A program made the position numbers and the translations under genes. Of a stretch of DNA of 64,000 nt, positions 49,344 through 59,195 are shown one piece after another. Each line of letters opens with the position of its first letter. The first letter of the stretch is position 1. The stretch covers positions 340,936 through 404,935 of the forward strand of contig CAYGJY010000002.1 in the NCBI GenBank assembly GCA_964350645.1, written 5' to 3'. The notes beneath the pieces were generated by a model. That model saw only the letters and a list, made by a program, of their open reading frames with translations. It ran no database searches and was not told the origin of the DNA. This stretch comes from an uncultured Candidatus Saccharibacteria bacterium (lineage in GTDB: Bacteria > Patescibacteriota > Minisyncoccia > Phycocordibacterales > UBA918).

Positions 49344-50884
49344 AATTGCTGCTCCTCAAGCAAAGCGTTTTTGATGCGACGTCGAGCAAGTGATGTTTTT
49401 GCCATGTCGAGCCACTTTTGAGTCGGCTTGGCGTTTTTGCGAGTTTCAATTTCAACAATGTCACCATTACGTAGTTCGGTGTCGAGGCCGACAAGTTTCT
49501 TATTCACTTTAGCACCAGCAGTGCGGTCACCAACTTCAGAGTGGATTGCGTAGGCAAAATCAATCGGCGTTGCGCCAACGGGTAAATCGACTACATCACC
49601 CTGGGGAGTAAAGACGAAAATACGATTAGTGAAAAAGTCCTTGCGCATATCGTCGACAAATTCCTTGCCCGAGCTTTTTTCTGAGGTGTACATCTCACCA
49701 ATTTGACTAATCCATCTCGGGATTTTTTCCTGGTGAGGGACATCTTTAGTGATCGTGCTAGACAGGTCAGCACTTTCTCGCCAAGCAAAAGGACGAAAGA
49801 GTGAAGGGACTAAGTTGCTAAAAAGTGAGTAGGTTTGTTTGGTTTTACCGGCATCGGTGAGCTTGTAGATAATATGGGAAGCAACACCATACTCAGACTC
49901 ATGGTGCATTTTTTGGGTGCGGATTTGAATCTCTAAAATGATACCGCTTTGGGTAGCGACTGTTGTATGGATTGATTGGTACCCGTTTGGTTTTGGGAAA
50001 GAAATATAGTCTTTAATTCTCTTGGGTAGGGGACGCCATTTTTCGTGAATGACCCCGAGGGCTTTGTAGCAGTCTTCGACGTTTTCAACGACTACCCGAA
50101 TAGCGAGCAAGTCATAAATTTTATCGATATCCCATTCCTTGCGCTTGAGTTTCTGGAAGAGGCTATACATTCCCTTAACGCGGTAGAAGGTGTTGAAGTT
50201 ACGCATACCGTTTTCAGCCAGTTGTTTCTGAAGAGATTTTCGTTCACGCTCTAGAATTTCATCTGTGTTGCTAACCTTTTGTTTAACTAGTCGAGTGACG
50301 CGGGTGAATTCTTCTGGATATACATAAGGAAAGGCTAAGTCCTCAAGCTCCTTACGCAGTCGCCCAATCCCAAGTCGATGAGCTACTGGAACATAAATTT
50401 CGAGTGTCTCACGAGCAATGCGTACTTGTTTTTCCTTCGGTACATGATGTAGGGTTTGCATGTTGTGCAAACGGTCAATCAATTTAATGATCAGTACTCG
50501 AATGTCTTGACTAGTAGCGACGAAGAGTTTGCGAAGACTTTCATTGTGACGATCGCTACCGTAATAGCGGACTGAGCTCAGCTTGGTTACTCCCTCAACC
50601 AGAAATAAAATTTCATCGCCAAATTCTTTTTGCAAAGCTTCACCGGTAATCTCGGTGTCTTCAATGGTGTCGTGCAATAAACCAGCAGCAACAGTTCGTG
50701 GCCCCATACCCATTTGAGCGAGTCGAAGGCCAGTAGCAGCTAGGTGCTGCATATACGGGTCTCCAGAGTAGCGAGTGTGGCCTTGGTGAGCTTCCTCAGC
50801 GTACACGTACGCTCGGTTAATCAAGGCTTTATCAGCCTCGGTGGCGTTATTCATTTCACGTAGAATATCAGCGACAGTTAACAT
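49340..50884 (-). CDS. RelA/SpoT homologue (HD + synthetase + TGS, no ACT)
   Basis: LLHDTIED, DRLHNM, KPNGYQSIHT, EIQIRT, TPIDFAYAIH. Confidence 0.92.
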   Translation of the reverse strand: MLTVADILREMNNATEADKALINRAYVYAEEAHQGHTRYSGDPYMQHLAATGLRLAQMGMGPRTVAAGLLHDTIEDTEITGEALQKEFGDEILFLVEGVTKLSSVRYYGSDRHNESLRKLFVATSQDIRVLIIKLIDRLHNMQTLHHVPKEKQVRIARETLEIYVPVAHRLGIGRLRKELEDLAFPYVYPEEFTRVTRLVKQKVSNTDEILERERKSLQKQLAENGMRNFNTFYRVKGMYSLFQKLKRKEWDIDKIYDLLAIRVVVENVEDCYKALGVIHEKWRPLPKRIKDYISFPKPNGYQSIHTTVATQSGIILEIQIRTQKMHHESEYGVASHIIYKLTDAGKTKQTYSLFSNLVPSLFRPFAWRESADLSSTITKDVPHQEKIPRWISQIGEMYTSEKSSGKEFVDDMRKDFFTNRIFVFTPQGDVVDLPVGATPIDFAYAIHSEVGDRTAGAKVNKKLVGLDTELRNGDIVEIETRKNAKPTQKWLDMAKTSLARRRIKNALLEEQQF

Positions 50885-50919
50885 TGATTCATTCTAGAGA
50901 GGAAGTGGGGAGTTGGCAA

Positions 50920-50962
50920 GGAAACAGGGGCGGGAATCTGAAAGATTCCCGCCCCTGTTTCC
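50920..50962. terminator. Hairpin downstream of topA
   Basis: 20-bp perfect inverted repeat, GAA loop. Confidence 0.75.
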
Positions 50963-50972
50963 ATCAAGCGTA

Positions 50973-53324
50973 TTATTGCTTTAACAACTCAACTGCGTCT
51001 TCGATTGTAAACGTATCCATTTTGACACTGTCAGGAATATTGATTCGTTTAAAACCTTTACGGAGATACTTGCCAGATTTAGATTCATACACATTGACCA
51101 TCTTGCGGGTTTTGGGATGGATGCCAAGTTCCTTTACTAGGCTTTCACCTTTACGCATTTTCTTTGGTTCTTTAAAGATTTTGAGGGCACGATCAAACGT
51201 AATAGTGTATGGGTCGTCCGGGGTTTTGAGTGAACGAAAATCCCCGGCATGTCCAATGTATGGTCCATATTGGCCGCTATTGGCGATAACCATTTCACCA
51301 GTGTCGGGATGTTCACCAAGATCGCGTGGGAGGATCAAGAGCTTCACAGCAGTATCGAGCGTGACATCTTCTGGCTTGATTTCTTTGGGAATACTGGCTC
51401 GACGCGGAGCCTCAGCTTTCTTACCTTTGACTTTCTCTGGTGTGGCTCCGAGTTGCACGTATGGACCAAAGCGACCGTTGAGGACAAAGATCGGATCACC
51501 GCTTTCAGGGTGCATACCGATTGGTTCATCATCTTTAATTTCGCTACCATCGATCATACGCGCGCCATCACAATCCGGGAAGCGATCGCAAGAGAGGAAG
51601 GTACCGTTGCGTCCGAGTTTACGAACCATCCCCGACTTACATTCAGGGCAAGGGAATTCTTTTGGACCGGGACCCAGGTTGGTGAGTTTTTCTATATCTT
51701 CCTTGGCTTCGACTGCTTTATGAAATGGGGTATAGAAGTCCTTCAGTGTCTTGGCATATTCTCGGTCACCGTTGGCGATGTCGTCGAGTTGATTTTCCAT
51801 GTCACTAGTGAAATCGTCATCGATATATTCAAGGAAATGTTTTTCGAGGAAAGACGATACCACGTCGCCCGTGTCGGTTGGAATAAGAGTTCGGCCTTCT
51901 TTAAGCACATATCCGCGATCAATGATCGTCTTCATAATACTGGCGTAGGTAGATGGTCGACCGATGCCACGTTTTTCAAGTTCTTTAATCAGGCCAGCTT
52001 CTGAATAGCGGTTTGGTGGTTGTGTTTGTTTGGCTTCGATTTCCAGCTCACGTACTTTAACCGCTTCGCCAGCAGCAATCTTGGGTACTTCGGTGTCTTC
52101 ACCACGGGCTGCCGGATCTGCCGCGAGCCAGCCCGGGAAGGTGACCCTGGAACCATTAACTGCAAAGTCAGGAATGATTTCCTTAGCGTCGGTTACGTTA
52201 ATTAACACCTTGGTGCGCTTCATCTGTGCATCGGTCATCTGTGAAGCCATAGCTCGGGCCCAGATGAGCTCATAGAGGGCCTTTTGGTCACCAGTCAGAC
52301 CAGCTTGGGTTTTATTAAAATCAGTGGGACGAACAGCCTCGTGAGCCTCTTGAGCTGATTTACTTTTAGCACTGAACTTTCGTGGACTTAAGTACTCTTT
52401 CCCAAATTTCTTTGTGACCACGGCGTAGATTTGCTTGAGGGCAATTTCACTCATGGTGGTGCTGTCGGTACGCATGTAGGTGATATGTCCTGACTCGTAG
52501 AGTTTTTGAGCTGCACCCATGGTGCGACTTGGAGCAAAGCCGAGACGAGTCGAGGCTGCTTGCTGCATGGTTGAGGTGGTAAAAGGTGGACGTGGCGAAC
52601 GCTTCGCTTCGGTTTCTTTTACACTCGTAACAGTCCAGGTATTTTTTTCACCAACCCTCTTAATCCGCTCAGCTTCTTTTTCTTCACCTGGCTCTTCAAC
52701 ACAGGTAAATGGTACGGGTAGTTTTTCGATAGTGCTGTGAGCAGTGAGGACAAAGTAGTCGTCAGGAATAAATGCCCTGATCTCACGTTCGCGTTCCATG
52801 ATAATTCGGAGCGCCGGTGATTGCACTCGTCCGGCTGAAAGGCCGTAGCGAACTTTTTTCCAGATCAAGCCAGAGAGGTCATAACCTACGAGACGATCAA
52901 GTACTCGTCTTGCTTCTTGCGCCTCTTTAAGATTGATATTGATCTTTCGAGGCTTTTCAATGGCGGCTTTGACAGCTGGCTCCGTAATTTCGTTGAAAAC
53001 GATTCGCTTCTGGTTTTTGTTGACGTCTTTAAGGAGTTCAGCGACATGCCAGGCGATTGCTTCACCTTCGCGGTCGGGGTCAGATGCAAGGAGGACCTCA
53101 TCAGCTTTTTTGGCAGCAATGCGCAAATCTTCAATCACTTTTTCTTTGCCTGGAGAGACAATATACCGAGGAATAAAGCCACCATCGACATCGACAGCGT
53201 CTTTGTTTGTTTTCGGCAGGTCACGTACGTGACCAACTGATGATTTCACGGTGTAGCCTTTACCAAGGTATTTTTCAATGGTCTTAGCTTTGGCGGGGCT
53301 TTCTACAATTACAAGGGTATTCAT
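50973..53324 (-). CDS. topA: DNA topoisomerase I
   Basis: LVIVESPAKAKTI, DPDREGE, ITYMRTD, GIGRPSTY, one Zn ribbon + C-terminal repeats. Confidence 0.97.
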   Translation of the reverse strand: MNTLVIVESPAKAKTIEKYLGKGYTVKSSVGHVRDLPKTNKDAVDVDGGFIPRYIVSPGKEKVIEDLRIAAKKADEVLLASDPDREGEAIAWHVAELLKDVNKNQKRIVFNEITEPAVKAAIEKPRKININLKEAQEARRVLDRLVGYDLSGLIWKKVRYGLSAGRVQSPALRIIMEREREIRAFIPDDYFVLTAHSTIEKLPVPFTCVEEPGEEKEAERIKRVGEKNTWTVTSVKETEAKRSPRPPFTTSTMQQAASTRLGFAPSRTMGAAQKLYESGHITYMRTDSTTMSEIALKQIYAVVTKKFGKEYLSPRKFSAKSKSAQEAHEAVRPTDFNKTQAGLTGDQKALYELIWARAMASQMTDAQMKRTKVLINVTDAKEIIPDFAVNGSRVTFPGWLAADPAARGEDTEVPKIAAGEAVKVRELEIEAKQTQPPNRYSEAGLIKELEKRGIGRPSTYASIMKTIIDRGYVLKEGRTLIPTDTGDVVSSFLEKHFLEYIDDDFTSDMENQLDDIANGDREYAKTLKDFYTPFHKAVEAKEDIEKLTNLGPGPKEFPCPECKSGMVRKLGRNGTFLSCDRFPDCDGARMIDGSEIKDDEPIGMHPESGDPIFVLNGRFGPYVQLGATPEKVKGKKAEAPRRASIPKEIKPEDVTLDTAVKLLILPRDLGEHPDTGEMVIANSGQYGPYIGHAGDFRSLKTPDDPYTITFDRALKIFKEPKKMRKGESLVKELGIHPKTRKMVNVYESKSGKYLRKGFKRINIPDSVKMDTFTIEDAVELLKQ

Positions 53325-53371
53325 ATATATGTTACCCCACACAAATACTAGGTTTCGACGCCTGTGTCAAA

Positions 53372-54241
53372 TCACAGCTTTCGGCGGTAGATATTTTGGT
53401 CGGCTGCAATAAGGTCATTCATTTCCATTTGCATGAGGAGAATATTGGCTTCCGGCGCCGATACTCCCGACGCACGAATGAGGCTGTCGCGGTCGGTCGG
53501 TTCGTGGAGAGCGGCGAGAATGTTTTGCTCCGGGAGGGAGAGGTTTGAGGGCAGCGCGGCCTCTGGCCGCGCTGCCGCTTCAGCTTCTATTCCTAACACT
53601 TCAAGAATATCTGCAGCGGTAGTGACTGGTGTGGCACCAAGCTTAAGAAACTGATGTGTACCTGCGGAGTTCGCTGAAAAAATACTACCAGGGACGACCA
53701 GAACGTCGCGGTTGTAATCGGTTGCAAGACGGGCAGTGATCAGGGTACCGGATTGTTCACCAGCTTCAATGAGTAAGGTGGCTGGGCAGAGACCACAGAC
53801 GATGCGGTTGCGCGCCGGGAAGGTCCACTGTGCTGCTTTTTGTAGGGGACCAAACTCTGAAAGAAGACCGCCTCCAGCGTCGAGAATTTGGGCAGCCAGG
53901 CGTCTGTGATTGGCGGGATAGAGGACACTGTCGTCGAGGCCACCACCTGGTACGGCGAGTGTATAAAGCTGGTTGCTAAGCGCCGCTTCATGGGCCAGTG
54001 AGTCAATTCCGAGCGCCATCCCTGAGACGATTCCGATTGGATAACCACGCAAGCCATTGATCAAATGTGCGACTACTTGCTTGCCATAGCTGGTGTATTT
54101 GCGCGAGCCAACTACCGCTAGAAGTTTTAGTTCAGGATCAGGTAATCTGCCACGATAATTAAGTTGCTTGGGCGGCTGGGGAATTTCCCGCAACAGCGGA
54201 GGAAATTCCCCAGCCGACAGATCTTGAATCGGAAAAGACAT
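53372..54241 (-). CDS. dprA: DNA-processing protein DprA
   Basis: AVVGSR, VSGMALGID, FPARNRI, SGTLITA. Confidence 0.95.
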   Translation of the reverse strand: MSFPIQDLSAGEFPPLLREIPQPPKQLNYRGRLPDPELKLLAVVGSRKYTSYGKQVVAHLINGLRGYPIGIVSGMALGIDSLAHEAALSNQLYTLAVPGGGLDDSVLYPANHRRLAAQILDAGGGLLSEFGPLQKAAQWTFPARNRIVCGLCPATLLIEAGEQSGTLITARLATDYNRDVLVVPGSIFSANSAGTHQFLKLGATPVTTAADILEVLGIEAEAAARPEAALPSNLSLPEQNILAALHEPTDRDSLIRASGVSAPEANILLMQMEMNDLIAADQNIYRRKL

Positions 54242-54319
54242 AGAAAAATTTTAGCATATGGACTTTTCTTTATTTATTTATATAGTACTTTGGAAAGTTC
54301 CAGAGAAAGGATAGGTTCC

Positions 54320-54811
54320 ATGACTGTATACACCGTCACAAGCAAGGGTGACCAATTTGAGCCTTTTGAGTTTGTCGGCTTGGAGACTTTGTCTCAGGTA
54401 CGTGAAAAATTCGGATCGGATTGCGAAGTCAGCTTAAAGAGATGTCCTGTTGATGAAGAGAAAATAGTCGAAGTTGGCACCCCTGAAGATTACTATACCG
54501 TCGGAGACATGATGATGGCGAGGGGAGAGCTCTTTTACGATGAACAGCACGCTCTTCGCTTGGCGAAACATGCCAGTAAATTCATCCGCTGTGCTCTTGC
54601 TGCAAACAGCGCCGTCTCACCAGCGGTTCGTGAAATCTTGAGAGAAGACGCTCATTCGGGAGTGATATCAGCGTTGTTGAGTAATATTTGTTTGTCGCGT
54701 GCGGATTATCGGCTAATCAAATCCAGGTGGCAGTCTATCAGGACTGTAGTAGCCGGAAACAATACTGTGCTGGCTGCTCTGGCCCGTTCCCGACATTATA
54801 AACCGTCGTAG
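54320..54811 (+). CDS. Hypothetical protein with LRV-like helical repeats
   Basis: GAAAGGA SD-like motif; LAKH..IR.ALAAN..L..D..V..ALL.N pattern. Confidence 0.55.
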   Translation: MTVYTVTSKGDQFEPFEFVGLETLSQVREKFGSDCEVSLKRCPVDEEKIVEVGTPEDYYTVGDMMMARGELFYDEQHALRLAKHASKFIRCALAANSAVSPAVREILREDAHSGVISALLSNICLSRADYRLIKSRWQSIRTVVAGNNTVLAALARSRHYKPS

Positions 54812-54911
54812 GAGGCGACGGCGATCGCGGATGTCCGCAAGGTGATCGTCGTTTCGCGTATCTTTACGGCGGTTTTCCTTTTGTGTAATTCATGTTACAT
54901 TCAATTTACAC

Positions 54912-54959
54912 ATGAATACTCTTTTCACATCATCCTCTTCTAGCTCGACGTGGTCGTAG
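54912..54959 (+). CDS. Ser-rich leader peptide of serS (MNTLFTSSSSSSTWS)
   Basis: ATG 54912; TCA TCC TCT TCT AGC TCG run; TAG at 54957-54959. Confidence 0.8.
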   Translation: MNTLFTSSSSSSTWS

Positions 54960-55019
54960 GAGGTTTGTGATGATGAAAACAGCCGCAGCCTACGACGAGT
55001 AGGCTGCGGCTGTTTTCTT
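54953..55019 (+). promoter_or_regulatory. Attenuator: terminator with overlapping antiterminator
   Basis: 19-bp stem 54975-54993/54999-55017 ending TTTTCTT; GTCGTAGG (54953-54960) complements CCTACGAC (54989-54996). Confidence 0.8.
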
Positions 55020-55060
55020 AAGACGAGTAGGTTATAATTTGCAACACTAAATATATAGAT

Positions 55061-56344
55061 ATGCTAGACATTAAATTTATCAGAGAAAACCTAGAGATCG
55101 TCAAACTGGCGGCGACCAAAAAACACATCACGATTGACCTCGACCGTTTGATCGAAGTTGATGACACTCGGCGCGAACTGATGTCAGTGGTGGAAACTAA
55201 AAAGGCTGAACAAAACCGGGTATCAGCTGATATCGTGGCGGCAGCCGAACCGGCGATTAAACAGCAGCTTATTACTGAAATGCAGGACTTGAAAGCAGAG
55301 ATTCAAGCTGATGAAGAAAAATTAAAACCGGTGATGGAAGAGTGGCAACAGCTCATGTTACAGGTTCCAAATGTACCAGACATGTCGGTCCCAGATGGTG
55401 CGAGTGATGCTGACAACGTCGAGATAAAACGTTGGTCTCCAGAAGCAGGTGAAGGTGGTGATCCAGCAACATTTCCCTTTGAGGCGAAGGATCATATTGA
55501 GATTATGACGAAGCTCAAAATGGTTGATTTTGAACGAGGTACAAAGGTACACGGATTCCGGGGATACTACTTGCTTGGTGATGGGGCGCGACTGAGTTGG
55601 GCGATTTGGAACTACGCTCAAGAGTTTTTCACTAAGAAAGGTTTTAGCCCAATGATCCCACCGACTTTGGTGCGTAAACAAAACTTCTATGGCACCGGAC
55701 ACCTACCAAATGACGCTGAAGACCTCTATCACACACAGGATGATGATTACTTGATTGGTACCAGCGAAGTCTCAGCCATGGGGTATTACAGCGATGAAGT
55801 GCTCGATCATAGCGAATTTCCCATTAAGCACTTAGCGTTTTCACCGTGTTATCGACGTGAGGCTGGTAGTCATGGGAAAGATACGAAAGGACTCATCCGA
55901 GTGCACGAATTCTATAAAGTAGAACAGGTAGTTTTGTGTGAAGCATCTCATGAAGAAAGTGTCCGCTGGCACGAAGAGATTAACCGCAATACGGAGGAGT
56001 TTATCGAGTCGCTCCAGCTGCCGTATCACACCGTACTCAATTGCGGTGGTGATATTGGCCAAGGCCAAGTGAAGAAGTATGACATTGAACTGTGGGTGCC
56101 GCTTGAGAAGACATATCGCGAGATTAGCTCAGCGAGCTATTTTCACGATTTCCAGACACGACGGTTTAATATCCGCTATAAAGATGCTGAAGGGAAGATG
56201 CGCTACGCACACTCACTAAACTGCACAGCGATCCCGACACCACGAATTCTGGTATCACTGATCGAAAATTTCCAGCAAGCTGACGGGACAGTAAAAATCC
56301 CTGAACCACTACAGAAATACATGGGACAGGAAGTGATTGGATAA
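55061..56344 (+). CDS. serS: Serine--tRNA ligase
   Basis: MLDIKFIREN, LIGTSE, CYRREAGSHGKDTKGLIRVHEFYKVE, EISSAS. Confidence 0.98.
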   Translation: MLDIKFIRENLEIVKLAATKKHITIDLDRLIEVDDTRRELMSVVETKKAEQNRVSADIVAAAEPAIKQQLITEMQDLKAEIQADEEKLKPVMEEWQQLMLQVPNVPDMSVPDGASDADNVEIKRWSPEAGEGGDPATFPFEAKDHIEIMTKLKMVDFERGTKVHGFRGYYLLGDGARLSWAIWNYAQEFFTKKGFSPMIPPTLVRKQNFYGTGHLPNDAEDLYHTQDDDYLIGTSEVSAMGYYSDEVLDHSEFPIKHLAFSPCYRREAGSHGKDTKGLIRVHEFYKVEQVVLCEASHEESVRWHEEINRNTEEFIESLQLPYHTVLNCGGDIGQGQVKKYDIELWVPLEKTYREISSASYFHDFQTRRFNIRYKDAEGKMRYAHSLNCTAIPTPRILVSLIENFQQADGTVKIPEPLQKYMGQEVIG

Positions 56345-56348
56345 AGGA

Positions 56349-56381
56349 AAAGAGCGGCGGCCCACAGGGCCGCCGCTCTTT
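56349..56381 (+). terminator. Hairpin after serS
   Basis: 15-bp inverted repeat, 3-nt loop. Confidence 0.75.
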
Positions 56382-56402
56382 CGTATGCTACCATTTCAGA
56401 AT

Positions 56403-57278
56403 ATGCAGTTTTTGTCACGTTTTAAACGATCAAAATCACGACTTAAAAAGCGGTCAGCTAACCCGAAGATATTTCTGATTCGTCAGATTGTGTTTGGTGT
56501 ATTGCTGCTGGCACTCTTAGCGGGTATAGGAACTGGTGTGTGGTATGGCACCCGAGTCGAGGCACTGACAATTCAATCAATTGAGATCATTGGTGGTGAA
56601 ACGGTTGATATTGAAAAAGTCAGAGTCCTAGCGGAAACTGAGCTTGTCGGTGAGTACTACCACTTAATACCAAAGCGTTTTGCTTTTACCTATCCGCGAC
56701 AAAAAATACATGAGGCCATTTTAGCGATTGATCGGGTTAAAAATGTATTGGTGGATCGCACCTCAGGCACTGACTTGGTAATCGTGTTTGAAGAGCACGC
56801 GCCGTTTGCACTATGGTGTGAACATATTGACTCCAAGGAGTGCCTTTTCTTGGATCGTCAGGCGTTTGCGTTTGGTTTAGCACCTAAACTACAAGGTGGC
56901 GCTTTTTTACGCTTCAGTGAGACTGGCGTCGTACCACAAAAAGATCAGGTGGCTTTTTCGGCTGAGTTTATCCAAAGCACCACTGCGTTTATCGAACAGG
57001 TTTATGCGACTCTCGGACTCAATATTATTCACGTAGAAAAAACCTCAGATGAAGAGTTGGTGTACTACCTTGCAGGCGGCGGTACATTAAAAGTGAGCGG
57101 CCGTCTGTCGCTGGAAGACACTCTGGAGAATTTGACTACAATTTTGACCTCAGAAGCCTTTGATCATCTTGAACCTGGAAACTTTCAATATATAGATCTA
57201 CGCTACGGCAATAAAGTATTTGTGAATGAGGAGTTGGAGAGTGAGGTGAGTACTAGCACAGCTTCTACGACAAATTAA
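56403..57278 (+). CDS. FtsQ/DivIB-like protein
   Basis: Basic N-terminus, TM, POTRA-like region, C-terminal YIDLRYGNKVF. Confidence 0.75.
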   Translation: MQFLSRFKRSKSRLKKRSANPKIFLIRQIVFGVLLLALLAGIGTGVWYGTRVEALTIQSIEIIGGETVDIEKVRVLAETELVGEYYHLIPKRFAFTYPRQKIHEAILAIDRVKNVLVDRTSGTDLVIVFEEHAPFALWCEHIDSKECLFLDRQAFAFGLAPKLQGGAFLRFSETGVVPQKDQVAFSAEFIQSTTAFIEQVYATLGLNIIHVEKTSDEELVYYLAGGGTLKVSGRLSLEDTLENLTTILTSEAFDHLEPGNFQYIDLRYGNKVFVNEELESEVSTSTASTTN

Positions 57279-57318
57279 ATAATTGAATTTATAGGCTAGT
57301 GTTATATAGTTCATAAAT

Positions 57319-57786
57319 ATGGAAGCTCCAGAAAAAGCAAAAAATTTTTGTATTGAAGAAAAAAAAGAGCTAAAGTACGACTCTCTTGGAGAAGGGTACC
57401 GATTGTTCAGTTATGATATTTCTTATCCTGACAGCGATGTGAAGGGTCATGTTGAAATTGGCTATACGAAAAATCCTGATCGAGTTGATAAATCAGTCTA
57501 TGCTAGAGCTCTTGAAGATTTTCCTGAGGCTGAGCAGATGCCGCTAGCGCATCTGAATATTTTTCGAGCAAATGGTCGAGGTTACGAAGCGCGTGGAGCA
57601 GATGAGGATGATATGAGACAAGGAAGAGGAACGGAATTATTGCGTTTTGCTATGGAAGAAGCCAGACAAGCGGGTGCTGTTGCAATGTATGTTTTCCATT
57701 CAGGGCCTTATATGGCGGGATTTTTAGATAAACATGGTTTTGACGCTATTGGTAAATTTTATTGCTATAAAAAACTGACTAATTAA
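57319..57786 (+). CDS. GNAT-family acetyltransferase-like protein
   Basis: RQGRGTELL acetyl-CoA motif; FL.KHGF. Confidence 0.7.
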   Translation: MEAPEKAKNFCIEEKKELKYDSLGEGYRLFSYDISYPDSDVKGHVEIGYTKNPDRVDKSVYARALEDFPEAEQMPLAHLNIFRANGRGYEARGADEDDMRQGRGTELLRFAMEEARQAGAVAMYVFHSGPYMAGFLDKHGFDAIGKFYCYKKLTN

Positions 57787-57787
57787 T

Positions 57788-58882
57788 ATGAATTTCTGGC
57801 AAGAACTAAAAAAGCCTTTTGTGGTAGTGGCGCCGATGGCTGATGTCACCGACGCACCATTTCGCCGGATGATTGCTAAGTACTCGGCGCATACGCGGCA
57901 GGATGGTTCTGTTGGTGGTCCCGACGTGATGTGGACGGAGTTCGTGGCGGCTGATGGTCTGATGCGCGCCACACCAGAAGGGAAGGCGAAGTTGATGGCT
58001 GATTTGATCTACAGTGAAGAAGAGCGTCCAATTGTAGCTCAGCTTTTTTCGAGTACGCCGGAGTATATGGAAGCAGCGGCCCGACTTTGCCGCGAGCTTG
58101 GTTTTGATGGGGTAGATATTAATATGGGCTGCCCCGATAAGACAATCGAAAAGCAGGGTTGTGGCTCGGCAATGATCAAGACGCCTGAGGTGGCACAGGC
58201 AGTGATCCGAGCCGCTAAGGCAGGAGCGAACACGGGCGAAGTAGATGGCATCCCTGTTAGTGTGAAGACACGCCTGGGGTATAACACCGATGAGCTTGAA
58301 GCGTGGCTGCCGGCGATTCTGAAAGAATCGCCGGCAGCCGTTACGTTGCACGCCCGGATTCGAAAAGACATGAGTAAGGTACCAGCCCGCTGGGAGCGTA
58401 TCGCACGAGCCGTAGAGATCAGAGATGCGATTGCGCCAGAAGTAAAGATCCTCGGTAACGGAGATGTGCTGAGTCTCGAAGACGCCTATGAAAAATTGGC
58501 GAAGTCAGGAGCCGATGGGGCGATGGTGGGACGAGCTCTCTTTGGCAACCCGTGGTTTTTTCATCCCGAACGTTCACTACCAACAAAACTGACCGCATTG
58601 CCAACACACGGCGTCAATCGTGACACGATCATTACAGAAGATACTAGTAATAACACTATTGAATATGTTGGTTTGCCCGAGCGACTGTCAGTGATGGTAG
58701 AACATACGAAGTTGTTTGTTGAGTTGTTGCCATTTAAGAATTTTTCCGTGATGAAGAAGCACTACAAAGCCTACGTGAACGGCTTCCCGGGAGCGGCTGA
58801 GCTTCGTGGTCAGCTTATGGAAGCACATACTCCAGAAGAAGTAGAAGGGCTTGTCCACGATTTTTTGAACAAAGTAGCGTAA
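57788..58882 (+). CDS. tRNA-dihydrouridine synthase (Dus family)
   Basis: APMADVTD, DINMGCP, SVKTRLG, GNGD, MVGR. Confidence 0.93.
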   Translation: MNFWQELKKPFVVVAPMADVTDAPFRRMIAKYSAHTRQDGSVGGPDVMWTEFVAADGLMRATPEGKAKLMADLIYSEEERPIVAQLFSSTPEYMEAAARLCRELGFDGVDINMGCPDKTIEKQGCGSAMIKTPEVAQAVIRAAKAGANTGEVDGIPVSVKTRLGYNTDELEAWLPAILKESPAAVTLHARIRKDMSKVPARWERIARAVEIRDAIAPEVKILGNGDVLSLEDAYEKLAKSGADGAMVGRALFGNPWFFHPERSLPTKLTALPTHGVNRDTIITEDTSNNTIEYVGLPERLSVMVEHTKLFVELLPFKNFSVMKKHYKAYVNGFPGAAELRGQLMEAHTPEEVEGLVHDFLNKVA

Positions 58883-58901
58883 GTTTGTTACACTTACAGG
58901 A

Positions 58902-59186
58902 ATGACCGAAGTATTGCATGCAAATATATTTTTTGTTATCACCTCCATCGCAGTGGTGGTGCTGACTCTTTTAGTATGTGTTCTTCTGTACCACGTCATT
59001 AAAATTATTAAGTCGGTCCGTCGGATCGTCGAGCGTGTTGAAGCTGGCAGTGAAGTGTTAGCTGAAGATTTAGAGGATATTCGAGCCAGTTTAAATCCGA
59101 CTCGGATTTTCCAGTTTGTGCTTCAGCTACTGCCATTTGATATTCCGATGCCACGGGCCCGACGTAAACAGTCAGACGAAGAATAA
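58902..59186 (+). CDS. Small membrane protein (TM + coiled coil)
   Basis: N-terminal TM followed by an amphipathic helix. Confidence 0.65.
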   Translation: MTEVLHANIFFVITSIAVVVLTLLVCVLLYHVIKIIKSVRRIVERVEAGSEVLAEDLEDIRASLNPTRIFQFVLQLLPFDIPMPRARRKQSDEE

Positions 59187-59195
59187 ATAATAATT

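Noticed and set aside
50884-52004. Long plus-strand ORFs of 279 and 251 aa
   Set aside because: Antisense shadows of topA with no motifs; likewise 10198..10728, 14491..15165, 29680..30183, 57806..58351 and 60693..61388 over other core genes.
54805-54963. 11-nt repeat GTCGTAGGAGG at the ends of both the upstream ORF and the serS leader
   Set aside because: The upstream copy lies in its own hairpin before the predicted promoter; a single short match cannot be separated from chance.
54820-55060. T-box riboswitch upstream of serS
   Set aside because: No GGTGGNACC T-box motif or Stem I is visible, and the leader is too short; the uORF model fits better.
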